The position numbers were made by a program, and so were the translations under genes. A stretch of DNA of 64,000 nucleotides from Acidimicrobiia bacterium (GTDB lineage: Bacteria; Actinomycetota; Acidimicrobiia; Spongiisociales; ZC4RG35), in NCBI GenBank assembly GCA_040510135.1, contig JBEVJN010000050.1, positions 33,461-97,460 of the forward strand, given 5' to 3'. Under the pieces are notes generated by a model. The model saw only the letters and a program-made list of their open reading frames with translations, made no database searches and was not told where the DNA came from. Numbering within the stretch: the stretch's first letter is position 1; every line of letters begins with the position of its first letter. Below are positions 9,497 to 18,124 of this stretch, in pieces.

Positions 9497-11155
9497 ATGA
9501 CCTCGGCGGTCGCCCCTCTCCGTTATGGCTCTTTCCGCACGCTCTGGGTGGCGTCGATGCTGTCCGCTTTCGGGACATTCATCCAGGGTCTTTCCTCATC
9601 CCAGTTGATGTTCGACCTCACCGGGTCCAACACCTGGGTCGGCCTCATGGTGGCCTCGACCTCTCTCCCGCTCCTCTTCTTCGCCCTGGCGGCCGGGGCC
9701 CTCGCCGACATGTTCGACCGGACCAAACTGATGTTGGTTGCCCAGGGAATCATGGGTGCCTCGGCCCTCGCCATGGCGATCCTCACCGGGACCGGGGTGA
9801 TTACACCGGGGCTGCTGCTCGGCCTCGGCTTCATCCTCGGCACTGGGGTGGCCCTGAATCTCCCCACCTGGCAGGCATTGCTCCCCGACATGGTGCCGCG
9901 CGGCCTGATCGCCTCGGCCGTTGCACTCCAGTCGGCCGCTTTCAACGTCGCCCGCGCCGTGGGGCCGGCATTAGGCGGAATCATCTACGCCGCTTTCGGC
10001 GCCGCCGTTGGCTTCGGGATCAACGCCATCACCTACGGATTCGTGATAGCAGGGCTCCTCATGGTGAGGCATACGTTCGAGAAGAAGAAGCGGGACCCGG
10101 CGCCGTTGGGCACCGCCATCCTGCTCGGCATTCGATACGCCAGGTTCACCCCGGTGTTCCGCCGGCTCCTTCTCCTGGTCTCGTTGTTCGCGATCACCTC
10201 ATCGGTCGTGCAGTCGGTGTTGCCTGGTCACAACGAGGCCATCGGCGGTACTGCGACGACGCTCGGCATTCTGCTCGGCGCCATGGGCGTCGGCGCCCTG
10301 GTGGCGACGGTAGTGCGACAGCGCTTCATCGACCGGTTCCACCGGTGGGCCCCGATGGTGACGATCGGCCTGTTCGGCCTGGTTGGGATCGGCCTCGGGC
10401 TCTCCACCAGCATCGCGACGGCGGCCTTCTTCATGTTCTTCTCCGGTGCTTTCTGGGTGCTCACGCTGACCAACCTCAACGCCACGGCACAGCTGATGGC
10501 GCCGGAGTGGATCCGGGGGCGTGCCATGTCGCTGTACAGCTTCTCCTTCCTCGGCATCATGCCGCTCGGATCGATCCTCTCCGGCGTCCTTGCCGACGCA
10601 GTGGGCACGGGGCAGGCCATCGTCATCCTGTGCTCTGCTTCGGTGCTACTGGGCGCCCTCGTCCCCATGTTCCATTTGCCGAGTCTCGATCAGATCGAGT
10701 CACCCGAGTTCACTCCCGACCGACCCGGCCCACTCCACGAGGAAGAGACCGTGGAGGGCGGCCCGGTATTGATCCTGAATACCTGGAAGATCGATCTCGC
10801 AGACTTCGAGGAGTTCACCGCCTTGATGAACCTGGTCCGGCTCGTCCGACTTCGCACCGGCGCCTATCGGTGGCGTCTGTTGCGGAATGTCAGCGACCCG
10901 ACTCGCCTCACCGAGCTCTTTGCCACCGGGTCGTGGGAGGAGCACCTGGCTCAGCATCGCCGCATCGATGATGCCTCGGCGGACATCATCGCCCGGGCCC
11001 GGTCATTCGACCGGGCTGGTGGCCCGGTCACGAGACATCTGATCTCAGTCGACGTCGAGGACCCGCCGAACTTCGCCGAGCTGGTGAGTACCCACGAGGT
11101 GATGCACCAGACCGACGGATCGATCCCGACCATGGCCGATCAGGATGTGGACTGA
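9497..11155 (+). CDS. MFS transporter with a C-terminal ~140-aa soluble extension (ABM/dimeric alpha-beta-barrel-like)
   Basis: About 12 hydrophobic spans and an MFS loop motif (ADMFDRTKLM). The C-terminal region VLILNTWKIDLADFEEF..WRLLRNVSDPTRLTELFATGSWEEHLAQH resembles antibiotic-biosynthesis-monooxygenase-like domains. Confidence 0.85.
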   Translation: MTSAVAPLRYGSFRTLWVASMLSAFGTFIQGLSSSQLMFDLTGSNTWVGLMVASTSLPLLFFALAAGALADMFDRTKLMLVAQGIMGASALAMAILTGTGVITPGLLLGLGFILGTGVALNLPTWQALLPDMVPRGLIASAVALQSAAFNVARAVGPALGGIIYAAFGAAVGFGINAITYGFVIAGLLMVRHTFEKKKRDPAPLGTAILLGIRYARFTPVFRRLLLLVSLFAITSSVVQSVLPGHNEAIGGTATTLGILLGAMGVGALVATVVRQRFIDRFHRWAPMVTIGLFGLVGIGLGLSTSIATAAFFMFFSGAFWVLTLTNLNATAQLMAPEWIRGRAMSLYSFSFLGIMPLGSILSGVLADAVGTGQAIVILCSASVLLGALVPMFHLPSLDQIESPEFTPDRPGPLHEEETVEGGPVLILNTWKIDLADFEEFTALMNLVRLVRLRTGAYRWRLLRNVSDPTRLTELFATGSWEEHLAQHRRIDDASADIIARARSFDRAGGPVTRHLISVDVEDPPNFAELVSTHEVMHQTDGSIPTMADQDVD

Positions 11156-11227
11156 GCGGGCGCCCTCCGTGATAGGACCGGGCGGCCTATCCTCGCTCGA
11201 AGGCATCCATGGTGAGGAAGGCTTGCC

Positions 11228-12031
11228 TTGACCGAGCACGACTCGGATTCGGAAGAGTTGTGGCGGGACGTCCTCACCAACCCGAACAGCCCCATCTATC
11301 GGTACGGGCGGGTCCGAAAGCACTTTCCGGGCAACCCCAGGTGCAAGCTGTGCAAGGTGCCACTGGCCGGCATCGCCACACCGATCCTCAGGTTGAGCGG
11401 AATGGGACCGTCGAAGGGAAACCCTCGTTTCTGCAACGCCTGTGAGCTGTGGGCGAGGCATCACCCCGGCGGCGCCGAGGTCGAATTGACCCTGCTCTTT
11501 GCTGATGTTCGTGGGTCAACGGGTCTAGCCGAGGAGCTCGGGCCTCGTGACTTCGCCGCGCTGATGCAGCGCTTCTATCAGGCCAGCAACAGCGTTTTCA
11601 TCGAGAGTGACGCCTTTCTCGACAAGCCGGTCGGCGACGAGGTCATCGCGCTCTACTTCCCACTGTGGGGCGCGGATCATGCCGCCAAAGCCCTACGCGC
11701 TGCTCGGGGACTGCTGGCGAAAACAGGGTACGGCAGTCGTAATGGGGCCTGGATACCGATAGGTGCAGGTGTGCACACCGGACTCGCCTATGTAGGCACC
11801 GTCGGCTTGGAGGGGCGGGACGGGTACGACGTCACCGCGCTCGGCGATGCCGTCAACGTCACCGCCCGGCTCGCCTCCCTGGCCCAAGCCGGAGAGGTCC
11901 TGGTGAGTGAGGATGCCCACGCGGCGTCAGGGCTCGACCTTGGTGACCTCGAACATCGAGTTTTGGAACTCAAGGGTCGCTCGGTGCCGCTCGAGGTGCG
12001 CGTGCTCACTTCGGCCGCTGCGCTCATGTGA
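11228..12031 (+). CDS. Class III adenylate/guanylate cyclase with an N-terminal zinc-ribbon
   Basis: CKLC..CNAC pair, then the cyclase catalytic core LTLLFADVRGSTGLAE, VGDEVIALYF, GAGVHTG and GDAVNVTARL. TTG start. Confidence 0.85.
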   Translation: MTEHDSDSEELWRDVLTNPNSPIYRYGRVRKHFPGNPRCKLCKVPLAGIATPILRLSGMGPSKGNPRFCNACELWARHHPGGAEVELTLLFADVRGSTGLAEELGPRDFAALMQRFYQASNSVFIESDAFLDKPVGDEVIALYFPLWGADHAAKALRAARGLLAKTGYGSRNGAWIPIGAGVHTGLAYVGTVGLEGRDGYDVTALGDAVNVTARLASLAQAGEVLVSEDAHAASGLDLGDLEHRVLELKGRSVPLEVRVLTSAAALM

Positions 12032-12042
12032 CACCCGGCCAG

Positions 12043-12741
12043 TCAGCGCCGATCACCACGATCGACGAATGTCATCTCGCGATTGAACTTCTTCCAATCC
12101 GATTTCTTGGTGGACCACACGATGTCGATCGCGATCTCGACCAGGCCGATGACCACAAGGGCCCACACGACCCAGGTCGGCACCTGAGCGGCGATGGCAG
12201 CGCCGAGAAAAATGAAAGGCATCAGCTTGGTGATGATCGCTCCGGACGCATGCATCCAGGCCCGGGAGCTTGCCGGGACCCGCAGATAGGTGGCGTAGTC
12301 GAGCTTCACTCCGGGTTGCGGCTGCGCGAGTTTTCCCACGAACCAGTGGGTGAATCTCATCCCCATCAGAGTCCCCACCAACAGATGAGTCAGACCATGG
12401 GTCGTTACCAGGATGATCCCGAATCCGAGCAGGAAGGCGAGCGCCGCCCCGGTCCCATCCAGGTAATAGGCCCAACCAACGAGGGCCAAGCCGATGAGTG
12501 TGGCCCCGATGATCAGCACGTTCCCGAGCCAGATCGGTACCGCGACCAGGGCCCACGATTTGAACGCCGCCCGATCGATCCGCGCAATTCTGTCGGCGTA
12601 TTGCTCGATGAGGGCAGGGTCCCGCTTGACGGTGTCGACTGCCTTCCAGAAGCCGGTGGGGCCTACCGGGGCGCCGGTTGTGACCGCCCTCTCGGCGTCG
12701 TCCAGCGTCGCACCGACCCGTGAACTGTCCATCACCCTCAT
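12043..12741 (-). CDS. Hypothetical polytopic membrane protein (HxxxH motif in a TM span)
   Basis: Several hydrophobic spans, TTHGLTHLLVG motif and a Lys-rich C-terminus. The antisense ORFs on the other strand are Arg/Pro/His-rich artefacts. Confidence 0.65.
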   Translation of the reverse strand: MRVMDSSRVGATLDDAERAVTTGAPVGPTGFWKAVDTVKRDPALIEQYADRIARIDRAAFKSWALVAVPIWLGNVLIIGATLIGLALVGWAYYLDGTGAALAFLLGFGIILVTTHGLTHLLVGTLMGMRFTHWFVGKLAQPQPGVKLDYATYLRVPASSRAWMHASGAIITKLMPFIFLGAAIAAQVPTWVVWALVVIGLVEIAIDIVWSTKKSDWKKFNREMTFVDRGDRR

Positions 12742-12795
12742 CTAAGTACGGTGCGAAGGTGCAACCCGTGCATCTCATCTGGTGTTCTCATTGCG

Positions 12796-13314
12796 ATGGA
12801 TGATCTGACTGCAGCCCTGGCCAGGGACCTGGACGGCGCCTTTTTCACGTTGGTGGAGAGCGCCGGCCCCGGCCTCTATTGGGGGTTGCGGCGGCTCTGC
12901 GGCGACCATCAGGAGGCCGAAGACCTCACCCAGGAGACCTTCATCCGCGCGTATCGGGCGCTCGGTGATTTCGACCGTGGGCGGTTCGAGGAGCTCAGAT
13001 TGTCGCCGTGGCTGTGGACCATCGCGCTCAACCTGGGACGGAACCATCTTCGCAATCGTTCGAGGCGGCCCACGTTGGTGGAGATGCATGCGAATCCGGC
13101 GGTCGACGACCCGGAACCCCCCGACCTGGCAGCCTGGGATACCCGGCTCTCGGCACTCCCGGTCAACCAACGGAGAGCGGTTGTCCTGCGGCACGTAGTC
13201 GGGCTGGGAATCGGGGAGATCGCTGACGCCACAGGGCGTCCCGAGGGGACGGTCAAGGCAGACATCCATCGTGGACTGGACCGGCTGAGACGAGTGATGG
13301 AGCAAGAACAATGA
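12796..13314 (+). CDS. ECF-type RNA polymerase sigma factor (sigma-70 family)
   Basis: Region 2 (EAEDLTQETFIRAYRAL, WLWTIALNLGRNHLR) and region 4 (RRAVVLRHVVGLGIGEIADATGRPEGTVKADIHRGLDRLR). Start taken at ATG 12796; the ORF opens at 12751. Confidence 0.88.
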   Translation: MDDLTAALARDLDGAFFTLVESAGPGLYWGLRRLCGDHQEAEDLTQETFIRAYRALGDFDRGRFEELRLSPWLWTIALNLGRNHLRNRSRRPTLVEMHANPAVDDPEPPDLAAWDTRLSALPVNQRRAVVLRHVVGLGIGEIADATGRPEGTVKADIHRGLDRLRRVMEQEQ

Positions 13315-14066
13315 ACATCGAGGACCAACTTTCGAGCCTGACGGGCAGCCTTCCTGAGGGCATCAGCGAAGGGATTGCGCTCGGCACCGGCCTGGCGGAT
13401 GGCTACGACCTCTACCCATCACCGCTAGGCGAGGTGGTCGTGACCTTCAACATCGAGGGAGTCTCATCCCTCGATCTGGCTAATGAAGGCTACGAGAGGC
13501 GATTCGCCGGCAGACACGGGCGCCGGCTGTTTCGGGCCGACCCCCCGGCCGACTGGGGCCGGCACATCCCTGAGGCGATGGAAGCAGGGACCCCGGGCCG
13601 GCTGCCGGTCGACCTCCGCTCGAGGACTCCGTTCCAGGCCCGTGTCCTCCGGATCGCCGCTTCGATCCCGCGGGGTGAGGTCCGGCCCTATGGCTGGCTG
13701 GCGCGGGAAGCCGAGAAGCCTGGCGCTTCCAGAGCGGTCGGTTCGACCATGGCCCGCAACCCCATCCCCCTCATCATCCCTTGTCACCGTGTGGTCCGAT
13801 CTGATGGTCATCTCGGTGAGTACTCCCTGGGCGGGCCTCACAACAAATGGGAGTTGCTCACGCATGAGGGGGTGGAGCCGGCACGTCTCGTCGAGCTGGC
13901 CGAGCACCATGTCCGGGTCCAGGGCAATCCCACAACAGGCGTCTATTGCCATCCCACCTGTCACGTCATCCGGGCATCGGGGCAGTGGAACATTGTCGAC
14001 TTCGCGTCGACCGCCGTTGCTCGATCGACCGGTTTCCAGCCGTGCGAGGTTTGCCGGCCCGGTTAG
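13311..14066 (+). CDS. O6-alkylguanine-DNA alkyltransferase (Ogt/MGMT) fused to a C-terminal Ada-type Cys4 zinc domain
   Basis: ATGA overlap with the sigma gene. MGMT core TPFQARVL..RAVGSTMARNPIPLIIPCHRVV with the acceptor Cys. The C-terminus GVYCHPTC..GFQPCEVCRP mirrors the E. coli Ada N-domain GIFCRPSC..GFRPCKRCQP. Confidence 0.85.
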   Translation: MNIEDQLSSLTGSLPEGISEGIALGTGLADGYDLYPSPLGEVVVTFNIEGVSSLDLANEGYERRFAGRHGRRLFRADPPADWGRHIPEAMEAGTPGRLPVDLRSRTPFQARVLRIAASIPRGEVRPYGWLAREAEKPGASRAVGSTMARNPIPLIIPCHRVVRSDGHLGEYSLGGPHNKWELLTHEGVEPARLVELAEHHVRVQGNPTTGVYCHPTCHVIRASGQWNIVDFASTAVARSTGFQPCEVCRPG

Positions 14067-14073
14067 CCGCCTC

Positions 14074-14089
14074 CTACCGGCGCCGGTAG
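14074..14089. promoter_or_regulatory. Perfect 16-bp palindrome CTACCGGCGCCGGTAG between the ogt-like gene and tkt (terminator hairpin or operator)
   Basis: The self-complementary sequence was read directly. It sits in the 36-bp intergenic gap and has no T-tract. Confidence 0.3.
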
Positions 14090-14102
14090 CCTCCCAGGGC
14101 CT

Positions 14103-16055
14103 ATGGCCAAGAACCGGATCGAGGAGCTGGCAGTCGACACCATCAAGGCGCTGGCCATGGACGCGGTGCAGAAAGCCAACAGCGGGCATCCCGGGATGCC
14201 CATGGGCATGGCCGAGATCGCCGTGACGTTGTGGGGGCGTTTCCTCAAAGTGGATCCGACGGTTCCCGATTGGCCGGACCGCGACCGGTTCGTCCTCTCC
14301 AACGGGCACGGCTCGATGCTCCTGTACTCCATGCTCCATCTCTGCGGCTTCCCGCTCACGATGGACGAAATCAAGAACTTCAGGCAGTGGGGCAGTCACA
14401 CCGCGGGGCACCCCGAGATCGACCAGAAGCTGGGAATCGAGATGACAACGGGGCCGCTTGGCCAGGGATTCGCCACCGGGGTCGGCATGGCTCTCGCCGA
14501 GACACATCTCAGGGCCCGCCTCGGCGAGGATCTGGTGAATCACAGGACATTCGGCTTCGTCAGCGATGGCGACCTCATGGAGGGAGTCAGCGCCGAGGCG
14601 GCCTCATTGGCCGGCCGGTTCGGCCTCGGCAAGCTCATCTATCTCTACGACGACAACGACATCTCGATCGACGGCTCGACCGACATCACCTTCGCCGAGG
14701 ACGTGCCGAAGAGGTTCCAGGCTCAGGGCTGGCACACCCAGGAGATCAACGGGCATGATCTGGAGGCCATCGACGAGGCCCTGGAGGCCGCCATCAACTT
14801 GGAAGACCGGCCCTCGCTGGTCATCTGCCACACCCACATCGCCCATGGCGCCCCCAATGCCCAGGACACCGCTGCGTCCCACGGCTCCCCGCTGGGAGAC
14901 GAGGAGGTCGCCCTGGCGAAGGAGGCCATGGGATTTCCGGTGCAGCCCACCTTCCATGTGGCGCCCGAGGTCTACGAGTTCTTCGAGACGGCCATGGCCC
15001 GGGGGAAAGAGGAGCGAAAGACTTGGTTCAACCGCTTGGGGACTGCAGACGAAGACAAACGCGCCCTCTGGGAGCGGTTGCACTCGCCCGCCCCTGTCGA
15101 GTTGAAGGGCCCCGGGTTCAGTGTCGGCGAGAAGATCGCCACGCGGGCGGCGTCGGGCAAGCTGTTTGCGGAGATCGCCGAGCAGGTCCCCGGGTTCATC
15201 GGCGGCTCGGCCGATCTGGTCGCCTCGACCAAGACCGTGATCGACCCCAAACGCCGCTACTCGCAAAGTGATCGAACGGCGCGTGACATCCCCTTCGGTG
15301 TCAGGGAGCATGCCATGGGATGCATCACCAACGGGATGGCGGTCCACGGCGGGCTCAAGCCCTATGCCGCGACCTTCTTCATCTTCAGCGACTACATGCG
15401 GCCAGCGGTCCGTCTCTCCGCTCTGATGTCGGCCCCATCGATGTGGGTATGGACCCACGACTCTGTCTTCCTCGGCGAGGACGGCCCAACCCATCAGCCG
15501 ATCGAACACCTCCCGTCATTGCGAGCCATGCCCACTCTCTGGGTGATCCGCCCCGCCGATGCCAATGAGACCCTGGCCGCTTGGGAGATCGCTCTCGATC
15601 GACACGATGGCCCGGTGGGACTTCTCCTCACCCGTCAGGACGTCCCGGTGCTCGAGACCGACCCTGCCGGAGCGAAGAAGGGGGGTTATGTGCTCCAAGA
15701 TGGCGACGCCGTGACCCTCATTGCTACCGGCTCCGAGGTCCACGTGGCTGTCGACGCGGCGAGGGTTCTCCAAGACCAAGGCATATCCACGCGGGTAGTG
15801 AGTCTTCCCTGCTGGGAGCTGTTCTTCGAGCAAGCCGAGGAGTACCGATCCGATGTGCTCGGGTCGGCTCCCCGGGTGGCGATCGAGGCCGCCTCCCCCT
15901 TTGGTTGGGAGCGCATCGTGGGCCAGGACGGGCTGATCCTTGGCATCGACCATTTCGGGGAGTCAGCCCCCGACACGGTCATCGCCGAGAAGCTCGGCTT
16001 CACCGGCACGGCAGTGGCCACACGGGTGCGTGACCATCTCTCCGCCCTGAGGTGA
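14103..16055 (+). CDS. tkt: Transketolase
   Basis: N-terminal TPP-binding motif AVQKANSGHPGMPMGMAEIA, DRDRFVLSNGHGSMLLYS, GPLGQGFATGVGMA and GEDGPTHQPIEHL. Confidence 0.96.
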   Translation: MAKNRIEELAVDTIKALAMDAVQKANSGHPGMPMGMAEIAVTLWGRFLKVDPTVPDWPDRDRFVLSNGHGSMLLYSMLHLCGFPLTMDEIKNFRQWGSHTAGHPEIDQKLGIEMTTGPLGQGFATGVGMALAETHLRARLGEDLVNHRTFGFVSDGDLMEGVSAEAASLAGRFGLGKLIYLYDDNDISIDGSTDITFAEDVPKRFQAQGWHTQEINGHDLEAIDEALEAAINLEDRPSLVICHTHIAHGAPNAQDTAASHGSPLGDEEVALAKEAMGFPVQPTFHVAPEVYEFFETAMARGKEERKTWFNRLGTADEDKRALWERLHSPAPVELKGPGFSVGEKIATRAASGKLFAEIAEQVPGFIGGSADLVASTKTVIDPKRRYSQSDRTARDIPFGVREHAMGCITNGMAVHGGLKPYAATFFIFSDYMRPAVRLSALMSAPSMWVWTHDSVFLGEDGPTHQPIEHLPSLRAMPTLWVIRPADANETLAAWEIALDRHDGPVGLLLTRQDVPVLETDPAGAKKGGYVLQDGDAVTLIATGSEVHVAVDAARVLQDQGISTRVVSLPCWELFFEQAEEYRSDVLGSAPRVAIEAASPFGWERIVGQDGLILGIDHFGESAPDTVIAEKLGFTGTAVATRVRDHLSALR

Positions 16056-17404
16056 GCCGCGGGGCAGACGTCGTCGTCGTGGGAGCCGGCATTGCCGGAG
16101 TAGCCGCTGCCTATGAGCTGACTGTGAAACACGGAATCGGGAATGTCGTGATCGTCGATCCCCTCCCGCCACTGTCGCTCACCTCCGACAAGTCAACCGA
16201 GTGCTACCGGAACTGGTGGCCCAACCTCCCGATGGTCGGCTTGATGAGCCGCTCCATCGATCTCCTCGAAAAGATGGCGGCCGATTCGGGGAATGCCTTC
16301 GCCCTGAACCGGCGGGGCTACCTGTTCGTGACCGCCGACGACGAGCGGTTTCACCGGATGTTCGAGGACGCACATCACACCTCAACGCTCGGCGCCGGCC
16401 CCGTGCGCCTCCATCCTGGACCAATTCCCTACCGCGCCTCGCCGGCGGAGGGGTTCACAAGCGTTCCGGAGGGCGCCGACATCCTGGTGGGGCCGGAAGA
16501 GGTCCTCGCCCACTTTCCTTTCGTGACCAACCACGCAGTCGGGGCAATCCATGTCAGGAGAGCGGGCTGGTTCAGCGCCCAGCAACTCGGCGCCTGGATG
16601 CTCGACCAAGGCGAGGATCGGGGGCTGGAAGTGACGGTGGACGAGGTGATCGGCATCGAGGTCTCTGCAGGGGCGATCCGATCGGTGTCACTGGCGAGCG
16701 GTGGTGAGATCGCTACCGATGTGGTCGTCGACGCCGCGGGGCCAATGGCCCGCAAGGTAGCGGCCATGGCCGGTGTCGACCTGCCCTTGTTCTCGGAGCT
16801 TCACATCAAGGTCGCGTTCCGGGACCATCTCGGTGTCATCCCTCGCGACGCCCCAATGTTCATCTGGAGCGACACTCAGCGCCTCGACTGGAGCGACGAG
16901 GAGCGTGATGCCCTTGCCGCGCAGGGCAGGGAAGACCTTCTCGGCGAAATGCCCGTGTTTTGCCACGGTCGCCCCGAGGGTGGCGCCGGCTCGCCGTATC
17001 TCCTCGGTCTTTGGGAGTACCACGGCGTTGTGCAGGAACCATCATGGCCCCTGCCCGAGGATCCTCTCTACCCGGAAGTGGTGCTGCGCGGGTTGACGAC
17101 CATGGTCCCGGGATTCGACCTCTACCGGGACCGACTCCCTCAGTCGGTCGTCGATGGCGGCTACTACACCAAGACGAAAGAGAACCGACCTCTCGTCGGT
17201 CCTGCCGGCCCTTCAGGGTTCAACCTCCTCGCCGGCTTGTCTGGCTTCGGGGTCATGGTCGCCGCCGGGGCAGCGGATCTGCTTGCCGGTCATATCACCG
17301 GCGCCGAGTTGCCCCCCTACTCAGATGCGTTCCGCTTGGACCGATATGAGGACCCCGAGTACGTGTCCTCGATATCGGGCTCGCTCAGCTCCGGACAGCT
17401 CTGA
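16052..17404 (+). CDS. FAD-dependent oxidoreductase (DAO family)
   Basis: GTGA overlap with tkt. N-terminal dinucleotide fold DVVVVGAGIAGVAAAYEL. Confidence 0.85.
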   Translation: MSRGADVVVVGAGIAGVAAAYELTVKHGIGNVVIVDPLPPLSLTSDKSTECYRNWWPNLPMVGLMSRSIDLLEKMAADSGNAFALNRRGYLFVTADDERFHRMFEDAHHTSTLGAGPVRLHPGPIPYRASPAEGFTSVPEGADILVGPEEVLAHFPFVTNHAVGAIHVRRAGWFSAQQLGAWMLDQGEDRGLEVTVDEVIGIEVSAGAIRSVSLASGGEIATDVVVDAAGPMARKVAAMAGVDLPLFSELHIKVAFRDHLGVIPRDAPMFIWSDTQRLDWSDEERDALAAQGREDLLGEMPVFCHGRPEGGAGSPYLLGLWEYHGVVQEPSWPLPEDPLYPEVVLRGLTTMVPGFDLYRDRLPQSVVDGGYYTKTKENRPLVGPAGPSGFNLLAGLSGFGVMVAAGAADLLAGHITGAELPPYSDAFRLDRYEDPEYVSSISGSLSSGQL

Positions 17405-17407
17405 CCC

Positions 17408-17785
17408 TCAGTCTTCGAGGACGGAGAGGACGTTCCCAGCGGGGTCGCGGAACCAGGCGATCGGCGGGCCGAAATCGTCACGCACGATTCCCTTCTCATC
17501 CTGATTCATGCCTTCGTATCGCACCGTTTCGATCCCACGCCCGGCCAGGTCCTCCACGGCCCGATCGATGTCCTCGACCGGGAAGTTGAGGATCGTGAAT
17601 GTCGCCGGGCTGTGATCGGGCTTCGGGTAGATCATGATGTTTCCACCGTCCCGGATGTGGAGGCCGAGCATCCCGTGTTCCTCGGTGACGTTCAGGCCCA
17701 ATGCGCCTTCATAGAACTGGCGGGCCCTTTCGATGTCGTCGACCGAGAAGCCGCTGAAGGCCTTCGTCTTTTCGAACACAGCCAC
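17408..17785 (-). CDS. VOC family (glyoxalase/bleomycin-resistance fold) protein
   Basis: 125 aa with paired beta-alpha-beta-beta-beta pattern (FSVDDIERARQFYEGALGL, FRDPAGNVLSV). Confidence 0.8.
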   Translation of the reverse strand: MAVFEKTKAFSGFSVDDIERARQFYEGALGLNVTEEHGMLGLHIRDGGNIMIYPKPDHSPATFTILNFPVEDIDRAVEDLAGRGIETVRYEGMNQDEKGIVRDDFGPPIAWFRDPAGNVLSVLED

Positions 17786-17839
17786 CTCCTGTGGTCCGGA
17801 TGAGATGAGTTTCCCCGTCGCCGGGAGTCTCTAATCGCG

Positions 17840-18124
17840 TTGGATGGAGAAATCGAACCCGGTCGGCCTGCCCTGATCTGTGACGTCGGCGGGGTCAGCT
17901 CGCCCGATCTGGCCACAATCGAGGCCCTGTGCCGTTTTCGACTCGCAATCGCCGACCGGGGATATGCGGTCCGGCTGCGCGATGCCTCACCGGGCCTGCG
18001 CGAACTGCTCGGTCTATGCGGTCTCGACGCGGCCCTACCCCTCGTAGACGAGGGGCAATCCGAACAACGGGAACAAGCGGTCGGTGTCGAGAAAGAAGTT
18101 GAGCCCGGAGATCCGACCATATGA
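17840..18124 (+). CDS. Short STAS-domain protein; last 30 codons are antisense to the sigma gene
   Basis: TTG start. STAS-like core ALICDVGGVSSPDLATIEALCRFRLAIADRGYAVRLRDASPGLRELLGLCGL. The ORF runs 90 nt into the convergent gene. Confidence 0.55.
   Translation: MDGEIEPGRPALICDVGGVSSPDLATIEALCRFRLAIADRGYAVRLRDASPGLRELLGLCGLDAALPLVDEGQSEQREQAVGVEKEVEPGDPTI

Noticed and set aside
12028-12723. 231-aa His/Asp/Pro-rich plus-strand ORF, and a 241-aa minus-strand ORF, overlapping the membrane protein gene 12043..12741.
   Set aside because: Only the 232-aa frame yields coherent hydrophobic helices. The others are compositionally biased shadow frames.
13464-14543. Long alternative-frame or antisense ORFs throughout the track. 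Examples: 558..1517(-), 13464..14543(-), 14604..15509(-), 28924..30414(-), 40741..41865(-), 45377..46405(-), 47358..48500(+), 51553..52638(+), 57488..58747(-).
   Set aside because: They overlap genes with unambiguous family motifs. They are Arg/Pro/Gly/His-rich, lack RBS and recognisable domains, and are the expected stop-codon-poor shadow frames of ~65-70% GC DNA.
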